64,000 nt of DNA from Candidatus Latescibacterota bacterium (GTDB lineage Bacteria; Latescibacterota; UBA2968; UBA8231), in NCBI GenBank assembly GCA_965221775.1, contig CBDCSU010000006.1:1760001-1824000 (forward strand), in the 5' to 3' direction. The notes below the pieces were generated by a model that saw nothing but the letters and a program-made list of their open reading frames with translations, did not search any database and was not told the origin of the DNA. Shown here piece after piece: positions 1 through 9,758 of this stretch (the first letter of the stretch is position 1; each line of letters begins with the position of its first letter). Both the position numbers and the translations under genes were made by a program.

Positions 1-2
1 AA

Positions 3-800
3 AATCACGTCGCCCGATTCCGCCGCGACGGGTGGTGCCTGGTGAGCCCCTTCTTCGACGCTCGCGAGGTTCGGGCCCTGGCGGCGGAGGTGGCGCGCTT
101 CCGCCGCCAAGGGCTGCTGCGCAACGTCCGCACCGACGGCGACGGGCAGACCCATTCCGAGTCGCGCGCCAACCTGCAACTGATCCCCCTCTACGACAAG
201 AGCGACCTGATCCGGGCCCTTCCCTTCGCGCCCAAGGTCGCCGCCACCGTGAGCCGCCTGATCGGTGATCCCTTCCTCCTCCACCTGGACCAGCTGTTCC
301 TCAAGCCGGGCCGCACCGGCACCGGGACCCACTGGCATCAGGACAACGCCTACTTCAAGATCGACGATCCGCTCAAGGGGACGGCCATGTGGGTCGCCGT
401 GCACGACGCCACCCTGGCCAACGGGACCCTGCGCCTGATTCCGGGTAGCCACCGGCACAGCTATGCCCACGAGCGCGACCCGTACTCCGACCACCACATC
501 CACTGCTCCCCTCCGGAGAACGAGGCCGTGGCCGTGGAAGTTGCTGCGGGGGGCGCCGTGTTCTTCTGCTACGGCATGGCCCACAGCACCGGCGACAACG
601 CCACCGACGAGGAGCGCGCCGGCATGGCCTTTCACTTCCTCCACGGCGACTACGCCAGCGCCGACCTGGTCGAGGCCGGGCGCGCCCACCGCCCGTGGAT
701 CACCGGCCCGGAGGCCACCGGCGGCCTCCGGGAATACGGCGTCGATCTCGGCAGCCGCGCCTTCGAGGACGAGGTCGGCAAGCTGGAAGCCGCCGCCTGA
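3..800 (+). CDS. Phytanoyl-CoA dioxygenase (PhyH) family Fe(II)/2-oxoglutarate dioxygenase, probably 5'-truncated by the window edge
   Basis: HQD iron motif (THWHQDNAYF), WVAVHDATLANGTLRLIPGSH and distal His (MAHSTGDN). The frame is open back to base 3 (NHVARFRRDGWCLVSPFF, a typical PhyH N-terminus). Confidence 0.88.
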   Translation, partial: NHVARFRRDGWCLVSPFFDAREVRALAAEVARFRRQGLLRNVRTDGDGQTHSESRANLQLIPLYDKSDLIRALPFAPKVAATVSRLIGDPFLLHLDQLFLKPGRTGTGTHWHQDNAYFKIDDPLKGTAMWVAVHDATLANGTLRLIPGSHRHSYAHERDPYSDHHIHCSPPENEAVAVEVAAGGAVFFCYGMAHSTGDNATDEERAGMAFHFLHGDYASADLVEAGRAHRPWITGPEATGGLREYGVDLGSRAFEDEVGKLEAAA

Positions 801-803
801 TTC

Positions 804-1880
804 ATGCGCCGCTTCCCGCCCGAATCCCTGACCCGCATCGCACGCTCCCTCTTCGAGGCCTCGGGCTGCTCCGCCGAAGATGCCGCCACCGTGGCCGACC
901 ACCTGGTCGAGTCGAGCCTCTTCGGCCACGACTCGCACGGGACCATCCGCATCTACGAATACGTCGACCAGATGGCCGACGGCACCTTCGAACCCGCCGG
1001 ACGGCCAACGGTGGTCCGTGAGCGCGGGGCCATGGCCGTCCTCGACGGCGGCGGCGCCCTCGGCCAGGTGGCAGGCCGCCACGCCGTCGACAAGGCCGTC
1101 GAGCTGGCCCGAGCCCAAGGAATCGGCAGCGTCGGCCTGCGCAACTGCTCCCATCTCGGGCGGATCGGGGCCTACACCCTGGCCGTCGCCCGCCAGGGGC
1201 TGGTCGGCATGGCCTGGGTCAACGCCGGGCGCCTCGGCCGCCAGATCCCGCCCTACGGCGGCATCGACGGGAAACTGTCCACCAACCCGGTCTCCTTCGC
1301 CGCCCCTCGTCGCGGCGCCGACCCGATCCTCGTCGACATGACCACCTCGGTCGTCGCCGAGGGCAAGATCCGCCTCGCCCACAACCAGGGCGTCCGGGTC
1401 CCCGAGGGCTGGATCACCGACGCCGAGGGCCGTCCCACCACCGACCCCGCCGACTTCGTCGGACCGCCCCAGGGCGCCATCCTGCCCATGGGCGGGGTGG
1501 TCGCCTACAAGGGCTACTGCCTGAGCATGATGGTGGAGATCCTGGGAGGCCTGCTGTCCGGCGAGGGCTGCGCCGCGGGCGAGGTGGAGATGAGGAGCAA
1601 CGGCCTCATGCTGATCGTGTGGGACTCCGCCTTCTTCTGCGAGGACGAGCACTACGACCGCGAGGTGGAGGCCTTGGTGGCCCACGTGACCTCGAGCCGG
1701 GTCGACCCAAGGGTTGGGAGTATTCAGCTGCCCGGCTCGCCCGAGTTCACCACCGCCGCCGAGCGCCGCCGGACCGGCATCGCCATCGACGACACCACCT
1801 GGAGCCGCATCTGCGACCGGGCCCGGCGCCTCGGGCTTGATCCCGGCCCTTGGGAAGGGGAGGTCTGCCGGGAGGGTTGA
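804..1880 (+). CDS. Ldh_2 family (malate/L-lactate/ureidoglycolate-type) NAD(P)-dependent dehydrogenase
   Basis: GHDSHG, NCSHLGRIG, STNPVSFAAP, DMTTSVVAEGK and ILPMGG..YKGYCL motifs of the Ldh_2 family. Starts 3 bp after the PhyH stop. Confidence 0.9.
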   Translation: MRRFPPESLTRIARSLFEASGCSAEDAATVADHLVESSLFGHDSHGTIRIYEYVDQMADGTFEPAGRPTVVRERGAMAVLDGGGALGQVAGRHAVDKAVELARAQGIGSVGLRNCSHLGRIGAYTLAVARQGLVGMAWVNAGRLGRQIPPYGGIDGKLSTNPVSFAAPRRGADPILVDMTTSVVAEGKIRLAHNQGVRVPEGWITDAEGRPTTDPADFVGPPQGAILPMGGVVAYKGYCLSMMVEILGGLLSGEGCAAGEVEMRSNGLMLIVWDSAFFCEDEHYDREVEALVAHVTSSRVDPRVGSIQLPGSPEFTTAAERRRTGIAIDDTTWSRICDRARRLGLDPGPWEGEVCREG

Positions 1881-1993
1881 GCGGGCCCGTCCGCCGTGTC
1901 GTGGCTGCGGCTGGTCTCGACCACGCGCTTGAGCAGCCCCGCCGGCTTCGCGGGCTTGCCGCGCAAATCCGGGGATGGCGCACGGGAGCCCTT

Positions 1994-2386
1994 CTACTGA
2001 AGGCCGCGCTGTTCCAGCCGGAAGATGCGCTGCTCCAAGTCTCCGATCAGGGCCTTGCTGCCCCACAACGACCGGTGATGCGGCAGCCGGCAGCTCCGGA
2101 TCCCCTGGTGGCGTTCGAGGGACCGGAGGCTCCGGTCCAGCGAGCGGATGGCCGTCTGCGCGTCCGGTGACAGCAGCCGGGGACGGAGGGTTCGGATCTC
2201 CGGCCGGCCGGTGCTCTCGCACAGCCGGCGCAGCCGGGTCGCCAGCTGCTCCACCCGCTCGCCTTCCCTGGTGGCGCCCCGAGCCCACACGACGACCGCC
2301 GCCGGGAGGATGACGGCAACGGCGGCGAGCGGGAGAAAGGCGATCACGGGAAGCAGCTGATGAAGAGCATCCTCTGACATAGCCAT
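1994..2386 (-). CDS. Hypothetical membrane-anchored protein (about 130 aa)
   Basis: 3' part of the 424-aa track ORF, with ATG at 2386 or 2380. One N-terminal hydrophobic helix (LLPVIAFLPLAAVAVILPAAVVVW) followed by coiled-coil-like sequence. Confidence 0.55.
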   Translation of the reverse strand: MAMSEDALHQLLPVIAFLPLAAVAVILPAAVVVWARGATREGERVEQLATRLRRLCESTGRPEIRTLRPRLLSPDAQTAIRSLDRSLRSLERHQGIRSCRLPHHRSLWGSKALIGDLEQRIFRLEQRGLQ

Positions 2387-2417
2387 CGCACGGTCTGCAC
2401 AACGGGTGACCGACTGG

Positions 2418-3347
2418 TCAGGGCGTCGGCTCGGGGTCCGGGGGCGGCACAAGCCTCCGTGACGGCATCGCAGGGTACACCACCGGCAAGTCCCAGTCCA
2501 GCCGGCGCTCGAGGTCGGACCCCAGGCCTTCGATGACGAGGGAGACCCGCCGGCTGTCGCCGGTGAGGATCGGGGTCCGGCGGTCGGCCCGCCGGTTGGG
2601 GAAGTACACCCGATAGACGGCCGTCTTCTCGAGGTGGTCGTGACCGGGGCGGTCGAACTCGTACGGATAGGCCCCGGCCGTCCCGCTCGGCGCGTAACGG
2701 CCCCCCGCTTCGTCGATGAGGAAGGTGCGCTCGCCGATGTCGGCGATGTAGGGGTGCGCCCCCGACTCCTCTCCGTCGATGTAGATGGTGAAGACCAGGC
2801 GGCTGTAGAGGCCGTACCCCCAGCGCTCGTCGTAGACCGGTCGGAGCAGGGGATACTTGCTGTCGTAGAGGATGCCGAGGAGGCGGCGCACGTACTGCCC
2901 CCGCCAGGTGTCGAACTGCGCCTTCTGCAGCGGATTGGTGACGTCGAAGTCGGGGTTGACGTAGACCAGGTACTGGAGGTACAGGCTGTTGACGTCGGTG
3001 CCGTCCTCCGTGGGATAGGGCGCGTCGATGTAGGCGTAGACGAACTCCCGCAGCCGGCTGGTGACCTGCTCCTGCCCGAGGCCGGCGGTCTCGGCCTCGG
3101 CATAGATGCGGGCGGTCTCGTAGGCGAAGGTGCGAAAGGTAGCCTGAACGAAGATCCCGTCGGCGCCGGTGTGGCTGCGGTTGACGAGGCGCCAGACGCG
3201 GTCCTCGGTCTGCTCGAAGGGCCCCGGGCCGTCCTGAGGAGCACAGGAGGCCAGCAGGAGAGATCCAAGGACGGAGAGGGGGACCTTCACGAGTACCGAG
3301 GCCTGTCCGGAGCACCTGAACCCGGACCGCGGCAGGGGCGATGCCAC
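2418..3347 (-). CDS. Hypothetical lipoprotein
   Basis: Lipobox-like LLLASC after a hydrophobic stretch, and globular Tyr-rich protein-like composition. The true start may be the downstream GTG (VKVPLSVLG). Confidence 0.7.
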   Translation of the reverse strand: MASPLPRSGFRCSGQASVLVKVPLSVLGSLLLASCAPQDGPGPFEQTEDRVWRLVNRSHTGADGIFVQATFRTFAYETARIYAEAETAGLGQEQVTSRLREFVYAYIDAPYPTEDGTDVNSLYLQYLVYVNPDFDVTNPLQKAQFDTWRGQYVRRLLGILYDSKYPLLRPVYDERWGYGLYSRLVFTIYIDGEESGAHPYIADIGERTFLIDEAGGRYAPSGTAGAYPYEFDRPGHDHLEKTAVYRVYFPNRRADRRTPILTGDSRRVSLVIEGLGSDLERRLDWDLPVVYPAMPSRRLVPPPDPEPTP

Positions 3348-3367
3348 CGGGGGGCGTCCTCTCGGCG

Positions 3368-3811
3368 CTACTCCTTCACGACCCAGAGCTTGACGGTGGC
3401 CTTCACCCCGGTGTGAAGCTGAACCGGCACGCTGTAAACACCCAGGGCGCGGATCGGCTCCTCCAGCTCGATGTCTCGACGATCGACGTCGTGTCCCTGC
3501 TCTTTGAGCAGATCGGAGATGTTCTGGGCCGTCACCGATCCGAACAGGCGATCTCCCTCGCCGACCTTGACCTGGGCCGTGAGCGACGCCTTCTCCAACT
3601 CCACGGCCACGTCCTCGGCGGCCCGTTTCTCGCGCTCGGCGGCGGCCTCGTGCTGCCGGCGCCGGGACTCGAAGAGGGCCACGTTGGCGTCGGTTGCCAG
3701 CAGGGCCTGCCGCTTGGGGATCAGGGCATTGCGTCCATAGCCGTCGGCCACGGTCACGATCTGGCCGGCGGTCCCAAGGGTGTCCACGTCTCTGAGCAGT
3801 ATGACCTTCAC
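3368..3811 (-). CDS. rplI: 50S ribosomal protein L9
   Basis: MKVILLRDVDTLG..VADGYGRN.LIP, RLFGSVT, PIRALGVYSVPVQLH. GTG start overlaps the DUF2232 stop (GTGA). Confidence 0.97.
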   Translation of the reverse strand: MKVILLRDVDTLGTAGQIVTVADGYGRNALIPKRQALLATDANVALFESRRRQHEAAAEREKRAAEDVAVELEKASLTAQVKVGEGDRLFGSVTAQNISDLLKEQGHDVDRRDIELEEPIRALGVYSVPVQLHTGVKATVKLWVVKE

Positions 3812-4650
3812 TTGTCCATCTCCTGATCGGATTCGCGTTCGCGCCGGTGTCCGATCCGGCGCCAGTCGAACCAGTTGTCCGCCAGTCCCGAGAACGCCAG
3901 GGCCATCACCGAGAAACTGGAGGTGAAGGCCAGCAGCGCGTACACCAGGACGACGAGGAAGCGCTGGGCGCCCAGGCGCCACAGCAGGTGCCGGACCAGC
4001 CCCAGGCCCTGGGCCGCATACAGCAGCATCATGACCAGCGCGGCGTTGACAGCCAGCCCGCGAAAGGTCTCGCCGCCGATCAGCAGCAGGGCCAGGGCGC
4101 CGATCGCGACCCAGATCAACTCCTCCCACATCCGCCAATGGCGCAGGGGCACGGCCGGCGGCAGGGTGGTGCCCACCCATGGGCAGGCCGCCTGGGCGAG
4201 GCGGTAGCCGCAGACGGCGATCAGCAGGATGGAGAGATAGGCGACCCCGGGCAGCAAGACCAGGACCATCTCCACCAACTGCTGAAGCATCTCCGGGTCC
4301 CCCAGTTGGGCCTCGGCAGCGCTTCCCTCCAGGAAGCGGGTCACTTCGGACGCCACTTGCTCACGCTGGCCGTCCACCCCGAGAAAGCCGCCCGCCTGGG
4401 CCAGGCCCAGGACCAGGCCCGGCAGGGAAGCGAAGGCGATGATCTGGCCGTAGCCCCGGCCCCTCTCGACCTGCACCGCTGCCAGCCAGCCGATCAGCGG
4501 CGCCGGCGCCAGCCCCATCGCCCAGTGAAAGGCCCCGCTGAAGGACAACAGGATGGGCAGGCAGGCGGGCAGGGCCAAGCTGCGCACGCCGAACCGGCGC
4601 GCGCCGAGAAGGGTTGCCGCCACGAGGACCAGACTGGCCAACAGGGACAA
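3808..4650 (-). CDS. DUF2232/YybS family membrane protein
   Basis: Multi-TM protein with QGLGLV and GLADNWFDWRR motifs, in its conserved position upstream of rplI. Confidence 0.85.
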   Translation of the reverse strand: MSLLASLVLVAATLLGARRFGVRSLALPACLPILLSFSGAFHWAMGLAPAPLIGWLAAVQVERGRGYGQIIAFASLPGLVLGLAQAGGFLGVDGQREQVASEVTRFLEGSAAEAQLGDPEMLQQLVEMVLVLLPGVAYLSILLIAVCGYRLAQAACPWVGTTLPPAVPLRHWRMWEELIWVAIGALALLLIGGETFRGLAVNAALVMMLLYAAQGLGLVRHLLWRLGAQRFLVVLVYALLAFTSSFSVMALAFSGLADNWFDWRRIGHRRERESDQEMDK

Positions 4651-4691
4651 GGTTCAGTTCCCCGTGCCGGGCAGCGGTCGCCGACGCCGTC

Positions 4692-5216
4692 TCAGGCGGC
4701 CTCCTCTCCTCCGTCCTCTCCCCTGGCCGGGCGGTCCGGGGTGGCCACCCCGGCGACTTCGGCGCCCTCGGCCGGCCCACGACCGTCCCGGTCGGGACGG
4801 GGGGGGCCGTCCTCGCGGCGGTCCCGGTCACGCCGGGGCCCGCGGCGGTCCCGGCCGCGATCGGGAGACTGGTAGATGTAGACGTTCTCCGGCGCCAGTT
4901 GCGGCACGCTCAGGAACTCGCCCGGAACGGCGACTACCAGGTGGCGGAGCACGGACTCGTCCAGCTTGAGGTCCTCCTCCACCGGACCGAGTCGCTCACT
5001 GTCGGCCGAGAACTGGTAGAGGACGTAGAAGCCCTGTTGCCGCTGCCGCAGGGCGATCGACGTGTAGGCCAGCTTGCGCAGGCCCCACTTGACGACCTGC
5101 TCCACCTCGGCGCCGGCCGCCTCCAGCCGCTTCTTGTAGTTCTCGACGGCGGTCTCCAGCTGGGTGTCGCCGGCTTGGGGATCGAGTATGAGGACCAGCT
5201 CGTACTTCTTTGCCAT
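4692..5216 (-). CDS. rpsF: 30S ribosomal protein S6 with a long charged C-terminal extension
   Basis: KYELVLILDP, WGLRKLAY, GFYVLYQF, DESVLRHLVV. Confidence 0.96.
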   Translation of the reverse strand: MAKKYELVLILDPQAGDTQLETAVENYKKRLEAAGAEVEQVVKWGLRKLAYTSIALRQRQQGFYVLYQFSADSERLGPVEEDLKLDESVLRHLVVAVPGEFLSVPQLAPENVYIYQSPDRGRDRRGPRRDRDRREDGPPRPDRDGRGPAEGAEVAGVATPDRPARGEDGGEEAA

Positions 5217-5240
5217 ACGCTTGTCTGCCTCGCTTCGGGA

Positions 5241-7301
<2,061 letters not shown>

Positions 7302-7305
7302 GAGC

Positions 7306-7917
7306 CTACCTATCCTCCTCGTCCTTTTTTGATGCGACGGACGGTGGAGCCGTCCGCTCCAGTGCCGGGTATCCGTTGAAGCGATTCATGGCCGCCTCGA
7401 TGCCCTCCGCCGCCCAGCAGCGCGCCGCCGCGCAGCCTCGCTCGACCAGTCCCGCCACCTCTTCGCCAGGTGCGAAGGGGGCCAGCACGAAGTCGATGTC
7501 GCTCTCACCCGGCGGCACCGGCCCGACGCCCAGTCGCAGCCGGGGAACCCGGTCGGTCTGCAGGACCTCCAGCACCGACGCCAGCCCGTTGTGGCCGCCG
7601 TCGGAGCCTCCCCGCCGGAGCCGCAGGCGGCCGAAGTCGAGGAGGAAGTCGTCGAGGACCACCAGGATCTCCTCCGGCGCGAGCCCTCCGCGCTCCCACA
7701 GGACCCGAACCGCCTCGCCGCTGCGGTTCATGAAACTCTGAGGCCTGACGAGCAGCACCTCTTCGCCGGCAATCCGTACCCGGGCGGTCTCGGCGGCCTC
7801 CTCCCTCACCCACGTGCCCCTGCCACCCAGGAGAGCCTGGGCCACACGAAAGCCGATGTTGTGCCGGGTGCCGGCATACCTTGGGCCGGGATTGCCCAGC
7901 CCGACGAGGACGGGCAT
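7306..7917 (-). CDS. pth: Peptidyl-tRNA hydrolase
   Basis: [39 protein letters not shown]. Confidence 0.96.
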   Translation of the reverse strand: MPVLVGLGNPGPRYAGTRHNIGFRVAQALLGGRGTWVREEAAETARVRIAGEEVLLVRPQSFMNRSGEAVRVLWERGGLAPEEILVVLDDFLLDFGRLRLRRGGSDGGHNGLASVLEVLQTDRVPRLRLGVGPVPPGESDIDFVLAPFAPGEEVAGLVERGCAAARCWAAEGIEAAMNRFNGYPALERTAPPSVASKKDEEDR

Positions 7918-7935
7918 CGGTGCGGTCGACGGGGC

Positions 7936-8673
7936 TCAGTCCTGGCTCTCGGTGCCGCCCTCGGAGGCCTCGCCGCTCTCGGCGTCCCCGTCTCCTTCCT
8001 CCCCTTCGCCCTCGCCTTCGCCTTCCATGTCCTCCCCCTCCTCGGCTTCCTCGGCGGCGGCGGCGGCCTCCTCTTCCTCGATGGTCAGCCGTGGGGAGAG
8101 CACGCTGACGATGGTGACTCCGCCATCGGTTACGATGCGCGGTTCCACCTCGAGCAGGTCGCTCACGTGGATGCTGTCCCCAATTTCGAGGTCGCTGATG
8201 TCGATCGAGACCTGGGAGGGAAGCTCGGAGGCGATGCAACTCATGGTGATGGAGGTCAGGCTGTGCTGCACGGCACCACCGCCGACCCGCACTCCAACCG
8301 GGGTGCCCGTGGTCATCATGGGCACGGCGACGGTCAGCTCCTCGTCGGGATCGATGCGCAGGAAATCGATGTGCATGACGTCGCCGCGCACTTTGTGGTA
8401 CTGGATCTCCCGGACCACGGCCCGCTCCACCTTTTCGTCCTCCTTCTCGTGGAGCATGAAGATCGAGTTCTGACCTCCACCGAAGAGGGCGCGCTCCAGA
8501 TCATGGGCGACGATCTTGAAGGCCAGCGGCTCCTGCTTGTGCCCGTAGAGAATGCCGGGAAGCATGGCCTGCTCGCGCCGCAGGCGGCCCACGGGACCCT
8601 TGCCCCGCTCCTGGCGGGGCTCGATGGTCAGTTCGATCGTGTCGCGCTGAGAGATCTGCAAGGCAACCGCCAT
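7936..8673 (-). CDS. rplY: 50S ribosomal protein L25/general stress protein Ctc
   Basis: RLRR..PGILYG, HIDFLRI, GTPVGVRVGGG, LEIGDSIHVSDL and an acidic tail. Confidence 0.96.
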   Translation of the reverse strand: MAVALQISQRDTIELTIEPRQERGKGPVGRLRREQAMLPGILYGHKQEPLAFKIVAHDLERALFGGGQNSIFMLHEKEDEKVERAVVREIQYHKVRGDVMHIDFLRIDPDEELTVAVPMMTTGTPVGVRVGGGAVQHSLTSITMSCIASELPSQVSIDISDLEIGDSIHVSDLLEVEPRIVTDGGVTIVSVLSPRLTIEEEEAAAAAEEAEEGEDMEGEGEGEGEEGDGDAESGEASEGGTESQD

Positions 8674-8694
8674 GACCTACCTTCTTCGAAGTAT

Positions 8695-8769
8695 TGGCTG
8701 CCCGGCGAGGACTCGAACCTCGATAGACGGAACCAAAATCCGTTGTCCTACCAGTTGAACGACCGGGCA
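8695..8769 (-). tRNA. tRNA-Gln(TTG)
   Basis: Reverse complement TGCCCGG...ACGGA-TTTTGGT-TCCGT...GAGG-TTCGAGT-CCTC...CCGGGCA-G-CCA. Cloverleaf with encoded CCA, at its usual position after ispE. Confidence 0.97.
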
Positions 8770-8786
8770 ACCTGCCGGTCCGCCGC

Positions 8787-9698
8787 TCATGGAGAGGACG
8801 GACACGGCGTACACAGAAAGACCGGAAACCCCGCTTCGCGCAGCCTCTGGGCGGCGCGATTCGCGGCGGTCCGGTCGTCGTAGATGCCGTAAACGGTGGC
8901 GCCGCTGCCCGACATCGAATGGGCCAGCGGGTCCGTGGCGGCCAGCGACTGGCTGGCTCGGGCGACGATGGGTTTGGCGCGTTCGACGAGCGGCTGGAAG
9001 TCGTTGTGCAGCACCGACCACAACCGATTCGCGTCGACGAGCCCGCCGCGTACGTGCTTCAGGAACGTACGATACGGGTCGGGTTCCGACAAGTCGATGG
9101 GGCTGTCCCGCCGCTGCCGGTCCAGCTCCGCGTACGCCCAGGCGGTGTCGACCGGAACCGGCGGACAGACGAGGACGTACCACACGGGCTCCGCGCTCCA
9201 CCGCAGTGGCAGGAGCCGCTCCCCGCGGCCTTCGACCAGGGCGGTCCCCCCCTCGAGGGCGAAGGGCACGTCGGAGCCCAGTTGTCCAGCCATCCGCGAC
9301 AGGGCCCCCATGCCCAGCGGGCGAGAGGCGGCCCGGTCCAGCCCCCTGAGCACGGCGGCGGCGTCGGCGCTGCCTCCGCCCAGTCCGGCGGCTGCGGGAA
9401 TCGCCTTCTCGATGTGCACATGCCGGGGCACGGCGCCGGCCTCCCGCAGATAGAGCTCGGCGGCCCGGTAGGCCAGATTTTCGGGGCCTGAGGGCACGGC
9501 CGGGTCGGAGCAGGTCACCTCGAGATGCCGCGCCGGGCGCATGTACAGCCGGTCCTCGAGGCTGACGGTCTGGAACAATCCGACTAGGTCATGAAACCCG
9601 TCCTGCCGCTGCGACAGCACGCGCAACCCGAGGTTCAGCTTCGCCCGGGCGCTCTCCACCAACTCGCCACCAGAGGACGTAAGTGATTGCTTTGACAC
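8787..9698 (-). CDS. ispE: 4-diphosphocytidyl-2-C-methyl-D-erythritol kinase
   Basis: AKLNLGLRV, KAIPAAAGLGGGSADAA, LGSDVPF, NDFQ, MSGSGATVYG. Confidence 0.96.
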   Translation of the reverse strand: MSKQSLTSSGGELVESARAKLNLGLRVLSQRQDGFHDLVGLFQTVSLEDRLYMRPARHLEVTCSDPAVPSGPENLAYRAAELYLREAGAVPRHVHIEKAIPAAAGLGGGSADAAAVLRGLDRAASRPLGMGALSRMAGQLGSDVPFALEGGTALVEGRGERLLPLRWSAEPVWYVLVCPPVPVDTAWAYAELDRQRRDSPIDLSEPDPYRTFLKHVRGGLVDANRLWSVLHNDFQPLVERAKPIVARASQSLAATDPLAHSMSGSGATVYGIYDDRTAANRAAQRLREAGFPVFLCTPCPSSP

Positions 9699-9701
9699 GT
9701 C

Positions 9702-9730
9702 TTGACCCTGATCTGAAGGACTGGTATACT
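9702..9730 (+). promoter_or_regulatory. sigma70-type promoter for the TPR protein gene run
   Basis: TTGACC-N17-TATACT with an extended TGn, in the AT-richer divergent gap between ispE and the TPR gene. Confidence 0.7.
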
Positions 9731-9758
9731 CGCGGAGCAGATTGAATATAGGGCACCC

